64,000 bases of DNA from Sedimentisphaerales bacterium (GTDB taxonomy: Bacteria > Planctomycetota > Phycisphaerae > Sedimentisphaerales > SM23-30): positions 1 to 64,000 of the forward strand of contig CAXXMR010000007.1 in NCBI GenBank assembly GCA_963663805.2, given 5' to 3'. The translations under genes and the position numbers were made by a program. The notes under the pieces are model-generated. The model made no database searches. It saw nothing but the letters and a program-made list of their open reading frames with translations, and had not been told where the DNA came from. Every line of letters begins with the position of its first letter. Position 1 is the first letter of the stretch. Below are positions 58,999-64,000 of the stretch, piece by piece.

Positions 58999-59333
58999 TG
59001 TGGCTTTACCAGCAGAAGGTTAAGCAGGAGCATGAATTATGATGGATTGGCACGCGGCTCTGAATTTTGAGCATGAGATATGTAAGTTCGGCCCAGGAGG
59101 GGATTATCAAAATGGCTGGCCCCCTGACAATGAGGAGGTTGGCTATCATTATGACTTGGGTTTGTTCGGTGTCCTGGGCAGCGGCCTTGGGATGCTGGCT
59201 CGTAAATTGAAACGTTTGTCGGTTCAGTGTCAATTGATTAGCAAAAGTGAGCATGGTGTCCCAAACGAGATCGGGTTATCGGTCGTAAAAGATTTTTCTG
59301 AAATTGGTGGGAAATCAAAGCCAAGGAGTGAAG

Positions 59334-60023
59334 ATGTCGCGAGTTACCAAACGAAACAGCAAAAATATAAATTCGCGCGTATCAGCGGCTTTAACTCCTC
59401 GTCAATTGGAGATACTCAGGCTTATCGACGCCTACCGCAACAGCAATGGCTGTTCGCCGACCTTGGCGGAGATTGCCAGCAGTTTAGGCGTCAGCAAGGT
59501 AACGGTTTTCGAGCACGTCGGAGTCCTGGAGTCAAAAGGGCTGCTTTTACGAGAGCCAAACAAGGCACGCTCTTTGATAATTAATCATGATTTGTGCGGT
59601 GATTTACTGGGTGATTTTGAAGGAAATAGGGGGGACAACAGTTTTGACGGGAGGGGGCAATATAAACTGGCCGGCTGTATCGCCGCGGGTGTTCCTCTGG
59701 AAGCAATAGAACAGGCCGACGAGCTTGATTTGACTACAATGTTTGAATCAAGCGGCGGAACCTACGCTTTGGAAGTGCGGGGTGACAGTATGATAGACGA
59801 GCATATCTGTCCCGGTGATTACGTACTGGTGGAGAGTTGCGAAAACGCCCGGGATGGCCAGGTGGTCGTGGCTTTACTGCCCGATGGCCAGGCAACCCTG
59901 AAGAAGTTCTATCGTGAGGGCAGGGGTTTTCGTCTGGAGGCCGCGAATGCTTCTTATTCACCTATCTATACTGGTGAGGTAGATATTCGTGGTGTGGTTA
60001 TCGGCGTTTTGCGGAGATTCTGA
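59334..60023 (+). CDS. lexA: SOS repressor LexA
   Basis: LTPRQ...SPTLAEIA winged HTH; IAAGVP cleavage site; VRGDSM Ser and TLKKF Lys; AAGGAG RBS. Confidence 0.93.
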   Translation: MSRVTKRNSKNINSRVSAALTPRQLEILRLIDAYRNSNGCSPTLAEIASSLGVSKVTVFEHVGVLESKGLLLREPNKARSLIINHDLCGDLLGDFEGNRGDNSFDGRGQYKLAGCIAAGVPLEAIEQADELDLTTMFESSGGTYALEVRGDSMIDEHICPGDYVLVESCENARDGQVVVALLPDGQATLKKFYREGRGFRLEAANASYSPIYTGEVDIRGVVIGVLRRF

Positions 60024-60261
60024 AAGGTCGCCAAAATTCGGGGGTAGCGTCTTATAATTCCCTCGGAGTCTTCGGGAAATATTTTTTTTAGCACAAAGAC
60101 AGTATTTTCTTTGGGGATTTCCCGTTTGGCTAACAGGGGTCTGTCCCGCTTTTCAGTTCTGAAAAGCCGGTAAAAACTAACCATATTTGCTAATCTTAAC
60201 AATCGTAGTCCGATAAATATGTCTGGGTGTTGAAAGTCGATTATCTGGTTTGCTATTAGGG

Positions 60262-60289
60262 TAAAGAGGTTACGCGACTGGGCCGATGA
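60262..60289 (+). promoter_or_regulatory. Candidate sigma28 (FliA/SigD) promoter of the che operon
   Basis: TAAA-N16-GCCGATGA. Confidence 0.45.
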
Positions 60290-60351
60290 GAGCGAAGGTT
60301 TTGGAACTCTGGACAATAAAAGATGTTATCAGGAACCGGAAAGCGCAAACT

Positions 60352-62979
60352 ATGGAACAGATAAAAAAACTAATTGAGGATTCTTCACGGAAGATTACTA
60401 AGGCTGGAGCGGATGATTTACAGACTCTGGCACAGCTTCACAGTAATTTTCAGGACATTTCGCAGGCTGTTGCGTCCTTGGAAGATTTGGCAGGTAATCA
60501 GATTGAGGCCGCTCAAGAGGCATCTGGTGCGGCCGCTGATGTTATCCAGAGTCTTATTATGCGAGAGATAGAGGACACCGGCAGTGCCTTGGAGAATATC
60601 CGCGCTACAGTGGAGACTCTGCGGGAACTTGTGGGGGGAAGTTCTGATGAGCTTGGAGATTCGGATTATGACAGCTTGCCGGTTGCTCCTGAAGTTATCG
60701 AGTTGCCCGAAAATGTTGATGAGGGGATATTCAAAGAGTTTCTTTCTAATCAACCCCATGTCCTGGCAAATCTGGAAGCGGCGATTTTGACGGCTGAAAG
60801 TGACTGTACCAGCGATAATTGTGGTCTCGTCAAGGCGATATTGCACAATATGAAAGGAGAGACCGGGCTTTTAGGACTGGATACTATCGCGGCGAAATGT
60901 CACGATGCCGAAACTCTGATAGCCGAGATGCCCGGCGAGTTTCCGGGTGAGCAGCTATTGGCTACCAAAGACTGGCTTTTGCAGGCAATTAATCAGCTTT
61001 CCGGTGTTAAGGTTTCCAGTTCTGACTCTTGTGAACCGGAAGTCTCGGTTCCTAAAGTTAAGGCTGCGGTTGTTACGCCGGAACCGGCCAAGGTCAAGGA
61101 GGCTCCCGAGCTGGCAAAAGAAAGTATAGAAGATTTGGTAATCGCCGAAAGTGATATTCCCCTAGTAAATGATTTTATCAATGAGTCTCTGGAGCATCTG
61201 GAGTCGGCGGAAAATAATCTGCTGGCGATAGAGGAAAATCCCCATGATAAAGAAATGATAAACGCAATATTCCGGGCCTTCCACACAATTAAAGGCGTGG
61301 CGGGTTTTCTGAATCTAAAGCAAATAGGCTCGCTTGCTCATGTGGCGGAGAATCTTCTGGATTTAGCTCGTAAGGATGAACTTGCCCTGAAAGGAACTTG
61401 TGTTGATGTCGTGTTTGAAGCGATAGATGTGACCAAGCACCTGTTGGCAATGTTGAGTGAAGCCGTAGAGCAAAATCACGCCGTACCCGGATATGACAAG
61501 CTGGATTCGCTGATGGAACGCATAAAGGTATGTGCAACAGGTCAGAATGAACAGACCCCTCGGCTGGGTGAACTTCTGGTGGAGGAAGGTGTGCCTCGCA
61601 AAGATGTCAATGAGGCATTGAGGCAGCAACGCTGGGAAAAACCGGAGAAAAAGGTGGGAGAGATTCTCGTGGAGAAAGAACTGGTTTCTCCTGAGATGCT
61701 TGAGGACACGATTAAGAAACAGTCGCTGCTTAAGACTAAAGAAAATGATTCGCAGCAAAGGGCCTCCGGGGCTGATACACGAAAGATGGCAACCGAGAGT
61801 ACGGTTAAGGTTTCGACCGGAAGACTGGACTCTTTGATTAATATGGTTGGTGAGCTGGTAATCGCCGAATCGATGGTTAGCCAGGACATAACTGACCACG
61901 CAGAGACCAATCAGCGTCTGGCTCGTAATATTCGACATCTGGACAAGACCATTCGCGATCTTCAGGAACTGTCAATGTCGATGCGTATGGTTCCGGTACA
62001 GGGGGTCTTTCAGAAGATGGCCCGTCTGGTACGCGACTTGTCGCGTAAAGCCAATAAGGATGTCGATTTCATTATGACCGGGGCCGATACCGAACTGGAC
62101 CGTAATGTCGTTGAAGCGATTGCCGACCCGCTGGTCCATATGATACGTAATTCGGTTGACCATGGCATTGAATCACCGGATATTCGCTTGAAGGCCGGCA
62201 AACGGGCCACTGGTACGGTTGAGCTCAAGGCTTTCCATCAGGGTGGAAATATAGTTATAGAAATACGTGATGACGGCAAGGGCCTGGACCGTGAGAAAAT
62301 TTTGGCCAAGGCCCTGGACCACGGCATAATCAAAGAAGGGCAGGAATTGACTGACAGTGAAGTTTTTAATCTGATATTTCACGCAGGGTTATCAACCGCT
62401 GAAAAAATTACCGATGTCTCCGGTCGAGGGGTGGGCATGGATGTGGTTCGCAAGAACATTGAATCTTTGCGGGGACGTGTGGATATCGATTCTAAAGTCG
62501 GCAAAGGGACGGTGTTCTCGATACGCCTGCCTTTGACGCTGGCCGTGATTGACGGTCAGGTGGTTACAGTCGGCGGCGAGGCGTTTATAATCCCCACGAT
62601 TTCCATCGAACAGTCTTTACAGCCCGGCGCTGACCAGATCTCAACGATGCAGGGCGGTAAGGGCGAACTGGTCAAGGTTCGCGATTCTCTGCTGCCGGTG
62701 GTGCGTTTGCATAATCTGTTTAATATTGAGACGGAAATGACAGAAGTTTGCTCAGGACTCGTAGTGGTTGTCGCCGACGGAAATGACCGCTGCTGTTTGC
62801 TGGTGGACAGTCTCTTAGGTCAGCAGCAGGTTGTTATTAAGAGCCTGGGTGAATTTCTGGGCAGTATCCGAGGAGTGTCCGGCGGGGCGATAATGGGGGA
62901 CGGTAATGTGAGTCTGATTCTGGATGTTCCGGGTTTGATAAAATTGTCGTCTCGTGAAGAATTGTGTGAAATGGTTTAG
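60352..62979 (+). CDS. cheA: Chemotaxis kinase CheA with two Hpt domains and an MshEN-like segment
   Basis: LHNMKG and FHTIKG; LDSLINMVGELV; HMIRNSVDHG, DDGKG and SGRGVGMDVV; C-terminal CheW domain. Confidence 0.95.
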   Translation: MEQIKKLIEDSSRKITKAGADDLQTLAQLHSNFQDISQAVASLEDLAGNQIEAAQEASGAAADVIQSLIMREIEDTGSALENIRATVETLRELVGGSSDELGDSDYDSLPVAPEVIELPENVDEGIFKEFLSNQPHVLANLEAAILTAESDCTSDNCGLVKAILHNMKGETGLLGLDTIAAKCHDAETLIAEMPGEFPGEQLLATKDWLLQAINQLSGVKVSSSDSCEPEVSVPKVKAAVVTPEPAKVKEAPELAKESIEDLVIAESDIPLVNDFINESLEHLESAENNLLAIEENPHDKEMINAIFRAFHTIKGVAGFLNLKQIGSLAHVAENLLDLARKDELALKGTCVDVVFEAIDVTKHLLAMLSEAVEQNHAVPGYDKLDSLMERIKVCATGQNEQTPRLGELLVEEGVPRKDVNEALRQQRWEKPEKKVGEILVEKELVSPEMLEDTIKKQSLLKTKENDSQQRASGADTRKMATESTVKVSTGRLDSLINMVGELVIAESMVSQDITDHAETNQRLARNIRHLDKTIRDLQELSMSMRMVPVQGVFQKMARLVRDLSRKANKDVDFIMTGADTELDRNVVEAIADPLVHMIRNSVDHGIESPDIRLKAGKRATGTVELKAFHQGGNIVIEIRDDGKGLDREKILAKALDHGIIKEGQELTDSEVFNLIFHAGLSTAEKITDVSGRGVGMDVVRKNIESLRGRVDIDSKVGKGTVFSIRLPLTLAVIDGQVVTVGGEAFIIPTISIEQSLQPGADQISTMQGGKGELVKVRDSLLPVVRLHNLFNIETEMTEVCSGLVVVVADGNDRCCLLVDSLLGQQQVVIKSLGEFLGSIRGVSGGAIMGDGNVSLILDVPGLIKLSSREELCEMV

Positions 62980-63000
62980 GCTGATTAGCGGAGACTGAAA

Positions 63001-63852
63001 ATGACATTTTTACTCGAACAGCCTGAAGTAAATCTTAGCGAAGATGATTTCCGCAGGGTAAGCGATATTATTTATCAGCATTGCGGTATTAATCTGCACG
63101 ATGGCAAGAAATCTCTGGTTCGAGCCCGCCTGGCCAAGCGAATTCGAGAGGGTAAATTTAAATCTTTTGCCAGTTATGTCGATTACGCTCTTTCCGCCGA
63201 GGGCAAAGATGAGTTTCGTAATCTGGTAGATTCGATAAGTACGAATTTAACCAGCTTTTTTCGCGAAAAAGGTCATTTTGCCTATGTGCGGGATGTTTTC
63301 TTGCCTCATTTGGTCAGCAGCCAAAATCGCAAGTCTGCTCAGCGTATCCGGGTTTGGTCGGCAGGCTGTTCGACCGGCGAAGAACCCTATTCCATCGCGA
63401 TTACTTTGCAGGAGGAGCTCGAAAAGTACGGCAGTTGGAATATAAAAATTCTGGCTTCCGATGTGTCGACGCGGGTTTTGAATCACGCTCGGGACGGAAT
63501 TTACCTTGCGGATAAGGTCGCTCCTTTGAGTGCTCAGCAGAAGCAGCGGTTTTTACGTATGGTAAAAACTGAACAAGGCAAAAGCTATCAGGTTCAGGAT
63601 GCCTTGAAGAAGATGATACGGTTTCGGTATTTGAACCTGATGGAGGAATGGCCGTTTACCGGACCTTTTGACATAATTTTCTGTAGGAACGTAATGATAT
63701 ATTTTGACAAGCCGACTCAGGAGCGGCTGGTGAATCGCTACTATAATTGTTTATCGCCCGGTGGTCTGTTGTTTATCGGACATTCGGAATCCCTGGCGAG
63801 CGTGAACCACAAATATCGTTATGTTCAGCCAGCGACTTACGCCAAGCCCTGA
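63001..63852 (+). CDS. cheR: Chemotaxis methyltransferase CheR
   Basis: TNLTSFFRE, WSAGCSTGEEPYS and FCRNVMIYFD motifs. Confidence 0.96.
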   Translation: MTFLLEQPEVNLSEDDFRRVSDIIYQHCGINLHDGKKSLVRARLAKRIREGKFKSFASYVDYALSAEGKDEFRNLVDSISTNLTSFFREKGHFAYVRDVFLPHLVSSQNRKSAQRIRVWSAGCSTGEEPYSIAITLQEELEKYGSWNIKILASDVSTRVLNHARDGIYLADKVAPLSAQQKQRFLRMVKTEQGKSYQVQDALKKMIRFRYLNLMEEWPFTGPFDIIFCRNVMIYFDKPTQERLVNRYYNCLSPGGLLFIGHSESLASVNHKYRYVQPATYAKP

Positions 63853-63924
63853 TTTGCCATAGAAAAAATACCGAAGATATAATAGTGAATGTAAGATTGA
63901 ATCGGAATCCGGGAAGGATGAAAA

Positions 63925-64000
63925 ATGGGCTGCAAGATACTAATAGTGGATGACTCAGCGATAACTCGTGCGGTGTTAAAAAAAACCTTGAGTCTTATCG
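63925..64000 (+). CDS. Partial receiver-domain protein (CheY- or CheB-like)
   Basis: MGCKILIVDDSAITRAVLKKTLSLI..., truncated by the window end. Confidence 0.8.
   Translation, partial: MGCKILIVDDSAITRAVLKKTLSLI

Noticed and set aside
59039..59584. 181-aa ORF overlapping lexA
   Set aside because: It overlaps the lexA coding region out of frame by 250 nt and has no motifs.

Overview
Bacterial chromosomal window, probably from an anaerobic Planctomycete of the Phycisphaerae/Sedimentisphaerales type. This is an inference from the PEP-CTERM protein, the GDINQDGFVNLLDFAIMTQNWL dockerin-like tail and the sugar-degrading enzymes. From left to right the window holds fusA and an RlmL-like methylase, then hypCDAB and a hoxFUYHW NAD-linked [NiFe] hydrogenase with a Rex/CRP-type operator, then a TetR-regulated RND efflux operon. 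An accessory patch follows: an AT-rich Roco LRR-GTPase, an FN3 protein, nested inverted repeats, a 21-bp palindromic tandem array and a frameshifted secreted beta-helix gene. Next come GH2/GH51/AraC, a heme-c sensor kinase and a PEP-CTERM gene. The most striking element is a 13-kb single-strand phage-structural module (43303-56520) with portal, scaffold, SU10/DUF5309-like capsid, adaptor, tail/spike-like and lysis-like genes, but no terminase, integrase, replication or tape-measure gene in view. It is a candidate domesticated particle or gene transfer agent. Its capsid gene is split by a complete IS66 (24-bp IRs, 8-bp TSD). Only an esterase gene bracketed by 127-bp direct repeats separates it from a divergent lexA. 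The window ends in cheA-cheR and the start of a receiver-domain gene. All product calls are from motif recognition; no database search was run.
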